A DNA stretch of 64,000 nucleotides from Octopus sinensis (GCF_006345805.1 NC_043000.1:111166001-111230000); one strand, 5' to 3'. Shown: positions 12,372-25,174, counted from the first letter of the stretch. Notes: a model not told the origin generated them from the letters alone. Made by a program: numbers and translations.

Positions 12372-12599
12372 CAGACTTAGTGGTTTGGAGTGTTGCACTC
12401 ATGATCTTGAGATGATGGTTTCGATTCCTGGGCTGGGCGATGCATTGTGTTCTTGAGCAAGACACTTCATTTCACGTTGCTCCAGTCCATTCAACTGTCA
12501 GAAATGAGCAGTTCTGCGATAGACCGGTGTCCCGTTCAAGGGGGCTGCTGTCACCTCAGTCATATATAAGCCACGAAAGCCGGGTAAGCCGCCCTAGGA
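12372..12599 (+). mobile_element. SINE family C, degenerate
   Basis: GGTTTCGATTCCTGG...TTGAGCAAGACACTTCATTTCACGTTGCTCCAGTCC. Confidence 0.75.
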
Positions 12600-13018
12600 G
12601 TTATACGTTTTCCTATCAATCGCCACCGCTGTTGGACTTAACTACAAACACGTCCGGTACAATGTGTTATTCTCACTGAAAATGATTGGAAAAGAGACTC
12701 CAAGTGAAACTGAAAGCTGTGAAGCGGAGTAACAAAGTGATTAAGTTCAACGTTGAACTCCATATTTCACAAACATTTCACGCAGGAGAAAAACCTCAAC
12801 TATTTTATAAAAACATCAAAACTTGCTACGTCTGTCGTGAGAACAATTTATGACAAGGACAAAAATTAAGTGAAGTATTTAAGCAGATAATCCGTTAACT
12901 GCTGGACGTTATTTTCATTTATTTGTTTGGTGATGAGGTTTTACCATAGATCTCATGTGATTCTCAATATGGAATGGTTTTTGAGTGCGTGGATCAACAA
13001 TCAGACCGGAAGTAATGT
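12600..13018 (+). mobile_element. Tigger/pogo-like transposase 5' fragment, copy 1 of a local duplication
   Basis: Frameshifted peptides KRSNKVIKFNVELHISQTFHAGEKP and ATSVVRTIYDKDK resemble the N-terminal HTH (psq type) of Tigger transposases. Near-identical to 16001-16420. Confidence 0.6.
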
Positions 13019-14324
13019 GCTGATGGTCATTTAATGAGAGAAGTTTGAATATCATTTTTTTTCAGAAAGACGAGGATGCAGCGTTCGATGTAAAAGTTTT
13101 TCTAGTTGCTTAAGTGTTTTTCGAAGGACTTTAAAGGAGAATGACTAGTCCTCACATAGAGGTTGCTAATGGTCTCGTTCAAGGGGACTGTTGTAACCTC
13201 AGTCATTTATACGCCATTAAAGCCGGGTAAGCCACCCAAGGAGTTGTAGGGCTCAAGACAAAAAAGCTCAGGGATTACGTTTGACTTGGTTTTTTTTATT
13301 AATAAAGAGTTAGGAGGTCAAAATTTCACTTCTATTTTGGTGGAAGAGAAAGAAGACTTGTGAACCCCTGTGCTACACGATGAACGGTGACGTAATGTAT
13401 ATTTAATCGCGGCTTCTTTAATCAACGTAATTAGTTTTTATTTTAACGACATAGCACCTCGCATCAAGCAAAAAAATATTACATCAATATTACCTATTCT
13501 GATGAAAAAGATCATTATAAGGACGACTGTGTCTGACGCGTATGTCAGGGTCGGGTAATAAATGATGGTGTCGGTGGTGGTGGTGGCGGGGACGGCGGCA
13601 GAGTGGGGGGGGGGGGGGCGGTGGTGGCCGGGGCGGCGGCAGTGGATTTTCGCCGCTCATCAATGAGGATTCGCTTATTCGATTGACTGGTTTACCTGTT
13701 TCTGAATTAAGGTGTAAATCGCCGGAAAGCATGCATGGCTGTTGTGGTTAAGAAGCTCGCTTCACATCGATGCCGTTTTCTGACACCTCGATGCAAGTGT
13801 TTTCAACTATAATCAAGGCTTTCTGTACGAATTTGGTCGACGGAAACAATGTGGAAATGCGACGTAAATTGTGTGTGTGTGTGCGTGCGTGCGTGTGTGT
13901 GTGCTGTATTTATAAGTTATTTCCTTCTAGAAATAACTCATTTCGTGTGTCGTTTTATTCGCTCAGCCGCTCCTCTTCATTTTTTCTTTCCATTCTCGAC
14001 TAATTTTTCTTATTTACAACAAATTCGCCATTTTTTTCACCAGTCTACACACTCATGAGGCCAGAGTTTATTTGGATCTCCGAAGTATTTAAGCAGCTGA
14101 AAGTGCAACAGTTCCCCTGGGGGGAAAGCCAGTCCGTCTCTGGGTCATCCAAACTACCTACCAACGGAACTCATTTCTGCTGAGTGTACAAGAACAACAT
14201 GAGGTGAAGTACCTTACTTAAGGACACAACTTACCGCCCAGACTAGTCATGAAGGCCACTACATCACGATCCTGAGCCCAACACTCTAACCAAATCTTTC
14301 TCCTACAATTGTTATTTTTCATTA

Positions 14325-14740
14325 TTACTCTCTTTTACTCTTTTACTTGTTTCAGTCATTTGACTGTGGCCATGCTGGAGCACCACCTTTAGTCGAGCAA
14401 ATCGACTCTAGGACTTATTCTTTGTAAGCCTAGTACTTATTCTATCGGTCTCTTTCGCCGAACCGCTAAGTTACGGGGACGTAAACACACCAGCATCGGT
14501 TGTCAAGCGATGTTGTGGGGACAAACACCGACACACAAACATATACACACACATACATACATATATATACATATATACGACGGGCTTCCTTCAGTTTCCG
14601 TCTACCAAATCCACTCACAAGGTTTTGGTCGGCCCGAGGCTATAGCAGCAGACACTTGCCCAAGGTGCCACGCTGTGGGACTGAACCCGGAACCATGTGG
14701 TTCGTAAGCAAGCTACTTACCACACAGCCACTCCTACGCC
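14325..14740 (-). mobile_element. SINE family B, full length, with internal (TA/TG) microsatellite
   Basis: tRNA-like head at about 14660-14735, microsatellite at about 14530-14577, tail at about 14330. Confidence 0.9.
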
Positions 14741-14934
14741 TATGGCCACTCCAATCAAGCAACATCTATACGCTCTATACTTTCTTTCCACATTGTTGGT
14801 GCTCCAATTCAACTGACCTCGGTATTATTATTGCCTTAAATTACAGTGATTTCTCCTGTATCGTATAGCTCCCACCCTTCTAGGCCCCTCCTCTGCCGCC
14901 TCTTTTTTTTTCATTTCTATTCCTGCATCCGAAG

Positions 14935-15210
14935 CACCGATTAAATTAAGTACCAGTTACGCACTGGGGTCGATATAATTGACTTAATCCGTTTGTCTGT
15001 TCTTGTTTGTCCGCTCTGTGTTTATCCCCTTGTGGGTAGTAAAGAAATAGGTATTTCGTCTGTATTTACGTTCAGTGTTCAAATTCCGCCGAGGTCGACT
15101 GTCATGCTTTCAGGGTCGATAAATTAAGTACCAGTTGCGTACTGGGGTCGATCTAATCGACTGGCCCCCTCCCCAAAAATTTCTGGCCTTGTGCCTAGAG
15201 TAGAAAAGAA
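14935..15210 (+). mobile_element. SINE family A, internal unit plus terminal unit
   Basis: Two successive TTAAGTACCAGTT blocks, ending GGCCTTGTGCCTAGAGTAGAAAAG. Confidence 0.8.
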
Positions 15211-15364
15211 TATATTAAATACTTTAATGTACCCAGACTGTTTTTCTGTTTTTTTTAATTTTCACTGCTGAAATTGAGGTGCGTCTAACACGTCCGTGCA
15301 TCTTTTATGCCATCAAATGTCTCAGGGTTTCTTTTTTGTTTTTTTTTAAACTTTTTTTTTTTAT

Positions 15365-15915
15365 CTTCTGTCTTGTTTCAGGCATTAGACTGCGTCCATG
15401 CTGGGGCACCGCCTTGAAGAAATTTTAGTCGAATGAATCCACTCCATGACCTTTCTTGCTTTTTGTCTTTTTTTTTTTTTTCGTTTTTGTCTTAATTTTT
15501 TCTTGATGTTTTTTTCTTCTTTTTTTCTTTTTTGTAAGCCGAATCCTTATTCTATCGCACCCTTTTGCAATTAGCGCTAGGATACGGAAACGTAAACACG
15601 CCAACACCGGTTGTCAAGCCGTGGGTGAACAAACACACACATTCACACACATACACGCAGACGGAGGCTTCTTTCAGTTTCCTTATTTATTTATTGCTCA
15701 CAAGGGGCTAAACATAGAGGGGACAAACAAGGACAGACAAAGGGATTAAGTGCGTAACTGGTACTTAATTTATCAACCCCGAAAGGATGAAAGGCAAAGG
15801 CGACCTCGGCGGAATTTGAACTCAGAACGTAACGGCAGACGAAATACTTTAAAGCATCTCGCCTGGCTTGCTAACGTTTCTGCCAGCTCGCCGCTTCTTT
15901 CAGTTTCCGTCTACC
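15365..15915 (-). mobile_element. Nested SINE B (partial) and SINE A
   Basis: Family B tail at 15365-15680, family A at 15690-15890, family B body resumes at about 15895. Confidence 0.75.
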
Positions 15916-16000
15916 AACTCCACTCACAAGGCTTCGGTTGACAATTACTCCCAACACAGAACACGCACAGCTTTCCTCGGCTTCTATACTCTGTCTATTC

Positions 16001-16420
16001 GTTATACGTTTTCCTATCAATCGCCACCGCTGTTGGACTTAACTACAACCACGTCCGGTACAATATGTTATTCTCACTGAAAATGATTGTAAAGGAGACT
16101 CCAAGTGAAACTGAAAGCTGTGAAGCGGAGTAACAAAGAGATTAAGTTCAACGTTGAACTCCATATTTTACAAACATTTCACGCAGGAGAAAAACCTCAA
16201 CCATGTTATAAAAATATTAAAACTTGCTACGTCTGTCGTGAGAACAATTTATGACAAGGACAAAAATTAAGTGAAGTATTTAAGCAGATTAATCCGTTAA
16301 CTGCCGGACGTTATTTTTATTTATTTGTTTGGTGATGAGGTTTTACCATAGATCTCATGTGATTCTCAATACGGAATGGTTTTTGAGTGTGTGGATCAAC
16401 AATCAGACCGGAAGTAATGT
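16001..16420 (+). mobile_element. Tigger/pogo-like fragment, copy 2
   Basis: Direct repeat of 12600-13018 with scattered substitutions. Confidence 0.6.
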
Positions 16421-16744
16421 TATTCTGTAATGATGAAGGGAAATAACCCGGATATCGCGATACACAGATATTGTTTTGAGCTGAGTGGGGGTGCTAGATT
16501 CCCTTGTTCGAAAATATAAGGACACGGGTCATGTCGTATAGCCGGCTTGAGACGATATGTCCTGAGGCTAAATTACAGCAACATTCGTCCTAAGTCGGGA
16601 CTGCCATGTCATGTTGACAAAAGTCTTTCCTCCAAAGTATCAAAGTTATTGAAATGGTTTCATATAAACAAGTATTTTGTCAATTTTAAGATTTCGAGTA
16701 AAGAACTCCTCGTGAAGAATACACACGTGCACCCACGCACATAC

Positions 16745-17145
16745 AAATATGTATGTGTGAGTGTGTGTGTGTGTGTGTCTGTCTGTGTGTGTGTGTGTGA
16801 TATATATATATGTATTTATATATGTATGTGTGTATGTATGTATGTATGTATGTATGTATGTATGTATGTATGTATGTAGGTATGTATGTATGTATGTACG
16901 TATGTATGTACGTATGCTTGTGTGTATGTATTTATATATGTATGTGTGTATGTATGTGTGTATGTATGTATGCGTGTGTGTATGTATGTATGTGTGTATG
17001 TGTGTATGTATGTGTGTATGTATGTGTGTATGTATGTGTGTGTGTATGTATGTATGTATGTATGTATGTATGTATGTATGTATGTATGTATGTATGTATG
17101 TATGTATGTATTGCATTGCATTGCATTGCATTGTATGTATGTATG
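16745..17145. repeat. (TG)n/(TATG)n/(ATTGC)n compound microsatellite
   Basis: Directly visible. Confidence 0.95.
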
Positions 17146-17377
17146 CTCGTATATTTGTCCTTCGAAGACTTTGTAAATGAGATTCTAACACGAAATAGCG
17201 CAGCAGAACTTAAACTTTTCTAAGACACATATCAATCACTTTGCTATATAAAAAAAAGTAGCATTGTTTTTTTTAATATCTAATATTCTATCTTAATAGC
17301 AATTCTGTTTCAATATTCCATCTTTGATATTGATCTCACCTTGTATAACATATTCTCTTTGTACTTACTTACATATA

Positions 17378-17582
17378 CAGTAATCCCTTGCCATATCGCG
17401 GTTTATCATTTAAGCTTACATCGATTCATCCGTACTGTTATTTTGCATTTATAATGAAATAAATACACACAAATTATAAAAATAATTTTTAAAAATGTAT
17501 AGTTCAGTACTGTTTCTACTTCGCGGATTTTCACTTATCGCGGGATTACTGTATAACACCCGCGATAGTCGAGGGATTGCTG
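17378..17582. mobile_element. Tigger/pogo-type MITE
   Basis: TA|CAGTAATCCCTTG ... CGAGGGATTGCTG|TA: TIRs with TA duplication. Confidence 0.8.
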
Positions 17583-18059
17583 TATAAACACTTAATACAA
17601 CCTGTTACTATCTACATTTCCAGTTGTAGTCAGATAACCTTTTGTTTCGATGTTCTCGAAATACCAAGATGGTCTTTCTGATTATGAAATACTCGTTGCC
17701 TCTCATTGTTTACAGTTTTCTTTCAGACAGCAGACCAGAAATGAAAAAGCGAAGAAATATATTACTGTTAAATGGTTTAATGAAAACATACGTTGTTACA
17801 AGAAATTGAATTCTTAAAATACGCTGGTGTCATTGGGAAGCGTAAGATTTTGGTTGATTATAAAACTGAAAATATTGCGGTGAGAGATTTGGTAAGGATT
17901 ACATGAAGCCTGGATATTTGTTTTCTATCCATGACGGAAAATGAAGCGCTGTGATGATTATGATCTTCCCAATGAATATAGAGAAATTAGGTTTCAATTA
18001 GGAATTGAAATGGTTTGCAAACGTACGGAGAATTTACTACCGTGCAAGGTTCTTGTCAC

Positions 18060-18465
18060 AATGAGGTGCAGTCGATTACATCGACTCCAATACTTGACTA
18101 GTTCTTCATTTTATTGAACTCGGAAGAAGGAATGGCAAAGATTTCAGTGGGATTTGAACTCAGAACGTAAAAAGCCAGAAGAAATATCACAGGGCATTTT
18201 TTCTGACGCTCTAACGATTCTGCCAATCGACCGAACATTAATGTTCGTGATAATGTTTTCAAATTTTGCCACAAGGGCAGCAATTTTGATGGAGGGGATG
18301 AGTCGTTTACATCGACCCCAGTGTTCAACTGGTACTTATTTTATCGACCCCGAAAGGATGAAAGGTAAAGTCTACCCCGGCGGAATTTGAACTCAACGTA
18401 GCGACGGGCGAAATACCTCTAAGCATTTCGTCCGGCGCGCTAACGATTCTGCCAACTCACCGCCT
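18060..18465 (-). mobile_element. Two tandem SINE family A copies
   Basis: GATTTGAACTCAGAACGT at about 18150 and GGAATTTGAACTC at about 18382, both with A-box ends. Confidence 0.75.
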
Positions 18466-19588
18466 TAATGTTTCGTGATAATGGCAATAATAATTGCTGG
18501 TTTCATTGATGGGAATGTTTGCAAATTCTAAGTGATGAAGGAAATAAGATGTTGTGGTATAAATCCATCTCCCGAGGCCACGAAAGACGAACATGAACTG
18601 AAATTACTCCATCGCAGAATTAAAACCAGATTTCGGAGTTGATCTGCTAGATTGGTATTTCATTTCTTCGACTTTCGCTACCAATAAGAAGAATAATTAT
18701 GCCGACGATATTGAAGTTGATGATGATAATGAAGTTGACGATAATGAAGGACGATGACGATGATAATGATGTTGACGACGATAATGAAATAATTGACGAT
18801 AGTGATGATAATGTCCGAAATAATGATAAATGTTTCTAATATAGGCACAAAGCCGCAAAATTAAGGGTGTGGCTCATTTGATTGAATCCACCCTTCACCC
18901 CAGTCCTTGGCTAGTATCTTATATTATCAACCCCAGAGGGATGAAAGTTAAAGATGGCCTCGATGAAATTTAAGGCAGAATGCAGAAAATGATCGTAACT
19001 AAATACAAGACAAAACGGCGGTGGCGGGAGGAAGCATAATCGATTATATCGACCCCAGTAGACGACTGGTACTTTATTTATTCATGATAGAAACCCCATC
19101 CTCGAAATTTAAGAAGAGGTAAATTCAAGCCTGGCGGGATTTGAACTCAAAAGCTGATGTAAGTAAAGAACAAAATAACAATGATGATGACGATGATGAT
19201 GATGGTGGTGGTGGTGGTGGTGGTGGTGGTTAAAAAAGGAGGGGAGGAAGAGGTAAGTGATGATAATCGTTAAATATGACGCATGAAGGTCATTAGTTCT
19301 ACTTGACAATCGGTTTAGGGGAGTCTGAGGAAAGATCAGTTAAAATTTTATGATGTGAAATTATCTTTGAGTGGTCACCGTGACAACCACAAAAATCAAA
19401 TGCGTTAGCCAGGATTCGAACCTGGAAAAAAAGCAAAGAGAAAACCAAAATATAAGTTGCTTACTAAAATACTTATATTCTATTCTAATTTGCCACAATG
19501 AATGCCGTGGATAGTTTGGCTGTTTTTGCAGTAGTTCTTATTCATGTCTCATGTCGGTGAGTCGAACAATGTGCAGCAGGGATCATTT

Positions 19589-19754
19589 TTAGTCGTGGTC
19601 TGATTTCTTATGAGCGGAATCGTCGATCATTATCGGTGTACCCGAAACACAATCAACGTTTTCGTTGTCCCGACGAACATAGTGTGGGGTGCAGCCGTCC
19701 TTCAGCATCTTGCACTGTTTTGGCACCACGTGCAGACCGCTGTTCACACCAAAC
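19589..19754 (-). CDS. Candidate terminal coding exon of an unidentified gene: FGVNSGLHVVPKQCKMLKDGCTPHYVRRDNENVDCVSGTPIMIDDSAHKKSDHD*
   Basis: Long T-rich tract then TTTCAG|G acceptor; 1+165 nt open to TAA; GC-rich unique sequence; phase matches the 23980 donor. Confidence 0.6.
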
Positions 19755-19984
19755 CTGAAATTTCACACAAAAAAAGAAAAAAAGTAGAAAGATAAACCAA
19801 TCGGACAAGAGGAACCGTTTCTTTAAAAAAACAAAAAACAAAGCAAAGTATCTCTCAATTATCTGCTATTTGAGTATACAACACACACACACACACGCAC
19901 ACGCATACATACACACATACACAAGCAAGCACATAGCCCATCACGCACCTATGTGTATGACTTGAGTGAGGTTTAAAATAAATG

Positions 19985-20229
19985 TGCCCTTTTAAATCCT
20001 AGCCAGGCTCATGGGCCCGGTTTCCCGGTTTCTATGCCGTATGTGTTCCCTAGCTGGACGGGATGCCAGTACATCGCAGTGGTACTCATTTTTGCCAGCT
20101 GAGTGGACTGGAGCAACGTGAAATGAAGTGTTTTGATCAAGAACACAACGCGTCGCCTGGTCCAGGAAGCGAAACCACAATCTTACGATCATGATGCTGA
20201 CACCCTAACCACTAAGCCACGCGCCTCCA
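19985..20229 (-). mobile_element. SINE family C, full length
   Basis: Best-preserved copy: GGAGGCGCGTGGCTTAGTGGTTAG...GCGATGTACTGGCATCCCGTCCAG... Confidence 0.9.
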
Positions 20230-20361
20230 CTTCCATCTGTTTAGTGATATAGATATCTGTATCACATCACATACACATATACATGCATGTGTATTATATG
20301 TGTGTGTATGTATGTATGTATGTATGTATGTATGTATGTATGTATGCATGTATTATGTATG

Positions 20362-21540
20362 TTTAAGTTCCTCTGCCCTTTTGACGGGTCTTATTTTTCA
20401 TCCCTCAGGGTAGCTAACAAACACCCTCCTCATCAAGCAAGCCTGGTGGGGTTGCCAGTTTAGGCACCGACGACCCGGCCATGCAACAGGTTGTACTGGA
20501 TTACATGCTACCACTAGTACTCAAGAGCGACCTGACCTTGGTACTTTCATCTACCTTGAAAGTACAAAAAGATGGGAATCTAGATACAGAAATACACCTG
20601 CGAATTCAAATGGCAGCACAAGCATTTGGTAGCTTGGAGTCGCGTGTTTGGTGTCAGCAACATATAAACAACAATACAAAGTTGGTTCTTTACAAATCCT
20701 TTGTCTTACCATCTCTGTTGTGTTCTTCTAAACAAGGACCTGTTATGAAAGACATTTCAAATTGTTAGAAGAATTCCACCAAAAATGCCTTCATCGCATT
20801 TTAAACATTAAATAGAGTTCTTTTACTCCAAACACAGATGTCCTTGCACCTGCAGGCATCACCTCAATTAAAGCAATAATTTTGTAAAACCAAATGAGAT
20901 GGTGTGGCCTTACTGTTCGAATGGCGGATGAACGCACACCCAAACAGCTGTTTTATGGTGAACTTGCAGAGGAGAAACGCTATTGGTGTAAACCCAAAAA
21001 GAAGCCTAAGGACGGCATTAGGACTAACATGAATTTGGAATAGATCCAGAGGACATAGAAATCCTTGTTTCGGATCGAGCTGTGTGGAGTGGAGTGAAAG
21101 CGTTTGAAGAGGCCAGGATAACGCATGCAAGACTCAAAAAAGATTTAAGGAAGAATGTTACAATCGAGAAGGCGAATCACAATGACCTTTTTGTGTGCAC
21201 AGTTTGTGACAGAACATGCCTTTCTTTTGCTGGGCTCAAATCTCATTTGCGAACCCATGGAAGACGAACCTCCACCAACTGTTCTGCCTGTATGTCTATG
21301 CATACCTTTGAATGCAATGTATGCCAGGAGGTTTGCAAATCTAACCTCAAAAGACATTCTAAGATCCACAAAGATCAGAACTTAACTGCAACACTTGGTG
21401 GTCCATATCGGATATGCAATCTATGTGGGTGTCTTTTCAAAAGACACATTAGATGCTTTTAAGCCACATTAGATGTCATGATGGTTCTAAGGTGTAGGTA
21501 CAGGAGGTGGCCAAACTCTGCATAAGGAGTAGACAACCAC
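20362..21540 (+). mobile_element. RTE-clade LINE derivative (late RT/thumb plus C-terminal C2H2 fingers)
   Basis: DGNLDTEIHLRIQMAAQAFGSL, QLFYGEL, CTVCDRTCLSFAGLKSHLRTH, CNVCQEVC..NLKRHSKIH; bordered by (TATG)n. Confidence 0.8.
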
Positions 21541-21569
21541 CATGTATGTATGAGGGAAATGGAAAAATG

Positions 21570-22004
21570 GAGTTAGCAAGAATCTTTATTCAACACAACG
21601 ATCGTTTCGACCCACCATCTCGCATCTGTCCCTTGCAAACGGGTTACTATGCAACTGGTTGTGCTGCATCCACCAGTGCAAGAAAATGTATCACATCGGG
21701 TGTCTTGTTTTAAATAAGATACCTCGCCAAATCTACTTCGTTTCGCTTGGCATGTTGTTGTCGCCAGTGGAGTGTTGACTGCAATGATAGGGAATGGATA
21801 CAATTTCCAGATTGTAACCGATTAATGGGTCCGGTTGCAGTTCATTGTGAGTAACTGACACAGAGTAAAGTAATAAAAGATAAAAAATAAAATAGTTTCA
21901 AAAGAAAACAATTAAAAGATAAAATGAAGAAAGATAAGTAAACACGTCTTGACATGAACACATATATAGACGTACATATACACATATCTATATATGTGGT
22001 CATG
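21570..22004 (-). mobile_element. 435-bp dispersed repeat with hammerhead-like motif and AATAAA at its minus-strand 3' end (second copy 51579-52013)
   Basis: Two near-identical copies with identical boundaries; GACAC-CCGATGT-GA...TC-GAAA-CGATCG-TT-GTGTT then AATAAA on the minus strand. Confidence 0.75.
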
Positions 22005-22182
22005 TGAAACGAAACCGAGGATATTTAGCGAAGTATATATTATTTCAAACAAGACGCCCGATGAGATGCATTCTGCACTGGAGGAAGCAACACAGCCATT
22101 TGTACAATATCCCGCCCACAGAGGACAGAAGCAGGAAGGGTCGAAACGATCGTTCTCCTAAATAAAGATTCTTGCGAACTCC
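22005..22182 (+). mobile_element. Diverged inverted homolog of 21570-21750 (hammerhead-like, core CCGATGA)
   Basis: GGGTCGAAACGATCGTT and AATAAAGATTCTTGC.AACTC shared in opposite orientation. Confidence 0.65.
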
Positions 22183-22478
22183 ATTTTCCGTTTCATTCAT
22201 TCATTATAAACTCAACGAATCCTGCAGAAATACTGAAGTAGATCTGACACTTATATTAAATATGTGGAAGACATCAGGTAACCTAAACAGTGGAAGTGCT
22301 TTTATCGGCTTACTAGTAACCATATACCCAAGGTCCAAATAATTACTTATGTATGTATGTTTGTATGTATGTATGTATGTATGCATGTATGTACGTACGT
22401 ACGTATGTATGTATGCATGTATGTATGTATGTCATGAAGCCGTTAGTCTTGGCCGATTAGAAAGGAGAACATGTCCAT

Positions 22479-22515
<37 letters not shown>

Positions 22516-22587
22516 CATATACACATACATACATATATATATGCACACACATATATATATATATATATACACACACTCACACACTTA

Positions 22588-22803
22588 CGAAGGAGTGCTG
22601 AAAAATTCCTGGCTGTGGGTAAAAGAAAATATAGGAGGATCAGTTAATTATGATTCTATACAGCATATTCCTCCCTCAGGTTCACACATTTATTGCAGCT
22701 GTCCTTCAGTTTTTCTAAGCCCCGTAAAAGAATTCGTAAGGTTGGGCCTGCAGCCAGGCCTCACGCGACAACTTTAAAGACAGGAGCTTTTCAGCATCCC
22801 TTG
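22588..22803 (-). mobile_element. Mariner-derived MITE, copy 2
   Basis: Reverse-complement homolog of 8581-8796; TA flanks. Confidence 0.8.
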
Positions 22804-23159
22804 TATATAGATACGTACATATGTATGCACACAAACATGTTTGTATGTGTATATATATTATATATATACGTGTGTATGTGTGTGTGTGTGTAAGTATTTA
22901 TGTATATATTATGTATGTTGTATATATACGTGGCGTTTCCGGTAAGAATTCGAAACAGGCAGCGATTATCTAAGATATATAAAGGAATGCAAATAGTAAA
23001 CGAGAATCTAATATAAATTCTTTCATTTCTATGGGAAACAGATGGAGAGAGTGTGTACACATACGTGTGTGTGTTGGTTGGTATGGTATGTCCCCCTACT
23101 TTAATTGTGTGGCTTTCGTTTGGGAAATTACACAGGCTAGACTCGTTGTTGATGTAAAT

Positions 23160-23399
23160 ATGTATGTATTTATGTTTATACAGGTGTATGTATGTATGTA
23201 TGTATGTATGTATGTATGTATGTATGTATGTATGTATGTATGTATAGTATGCATACACATACACATACATGCATTCATACACACACACAAAAACGTACGT
23301 GCATATATACATACATTCATACATAAAATATGGTCTGAGAAGATGCAGGGAAAAGTCTGCAAGCCATTGATAAGGGGTCTACTACTCCTGTAGCCAACG

Positions 23400-23471
<72 letters not shown>

Positions 23472-24206
23472 GTGTACGATTGTTTATAGGAAAATTTATT
23501 ACTGAAAGAAATCCCAACTTTGATTTTCACGTTTTATTTACAATTTTATAATATAATAATATAATATAAGATGATATATGATGAAATGATAAAATATTAA
23601 ATGTCCATTCTGATTGGACTAGTACATATATATATATATGTATGTATGTATGCATGTATGTATGTGTGTATGTATGTGTGTATGTATGTATGTGTGTGTG
23701 TATGTGTGTATGTATGTGTGTATGTATGTATGTGTATGTATGTGTGTATGTATGTATGTATGTGTGTGTATGTATGTGTGTATGTATGTATGTATGTATG
23801 TATGTATGTATTTTATATATATATATATATAATATTAAAGATCAAGGAAAAAATCAGGTACTTAAATGATAGGGTTGAATTAACTTGTAAACACCACCTT
23901 TAGTCGAATAAAAATACTGGGTACTAAAACATATCCAGTGAAATATTCAGGTTAAGCACACAGACAATTTAACCCATACGAGTATTTAACGCCCAGGAGC
24001 TGGTCCAAAGCGGGCGGTGGATTGGTCGCACGGTATTTGACATACTCCAGGATGTCCGACGGGTCGGGAATCCCTGTTGGTATATTATTAGCGAATAAAT
24101 AAATAACAAACGTTGGATAAAATATCTGACATTTATCCATCGTTGTTATTTTATTTACTCATATAACATACATACATACATACATACATACATACATACT
24201 ACATAC

Positions 24207-24257
<51 letters not shown>

Positions 24258-24278
24258 TATATAATTATATATATATAT

Positions 24279-24314
<36 letters not shown>

Positions 24315-24566
24315 TTGAGGGAATATATTCCAAACTCTCAGGAAAAAATTCAATTTAGAAATGCTAAATCAAATTTCACAAAATATAATATAATATATAT
24401 ATAATATATAAATAAATTAGGAAAAACAACCATTATCAATTCAGAATTACATATAAAAATATATATAGGTGGGTTTTTTTTCTAATTCATATATATATTA
24501 TATATATATATATATATAATATATATATATATATTCTAATTCATATATATATATATATTCTAATTC

Positions 24567-24614
<48 letters not shown>

Positions 24615-25079
24615 TATATATTTGTAATGTGTAATGTACTGATTAAGAGAATCATGTGGTTATCACAGAAATCTCTTAAACGGACACGGCTAGCAGACCA
24701 CATATCCTATCAGAGGAATATTATGCAGAGTTCTATCGTTTTTAATATTAGAACTTGAAGTAGATAATGCTATAAATAATAGTGTGTGGATATTTGATTT
24801 TTTAAACTCATTGAATAGAAAAGGTCGAAGGTTACCCGTGGAATACGAAACTCACATCTGTAAATATGACAGCCTTCGACTTTTTAATCCAATATTTACA
24901 CGTCATTATTTATAGCTTAATCTACTTCGAGTTCCAACAAATAATTTCTTGTCACATTAAGATTTTAAATTGTTATTACGTAAACAACATATGCGTGAGT
25001 GTGCGTGCATATACATGTATGTGTGTGTATTATCTTTCTGTGTGTGTGTGTATTTGTGTGTGTGTGTGTGTATTTGTGT

Positions 25080-25174
<95 letters not shown>

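Noticed and set aside
13490-13732. Pro/His-rich ORF with a possible AG|GTAATA donor at 13494
   Set aside because: Built largely on CCG/CCA/poly-C simple repeats, starts against a SINE head, has a weak acceptor and no recognisable domain; cannot be supported.
19401-19425. tRNA-Gly-like T-arm/acceptor fragment (minus strand)
   Set aside because: Only 25 nt; too short to call a gene or pseudogene.
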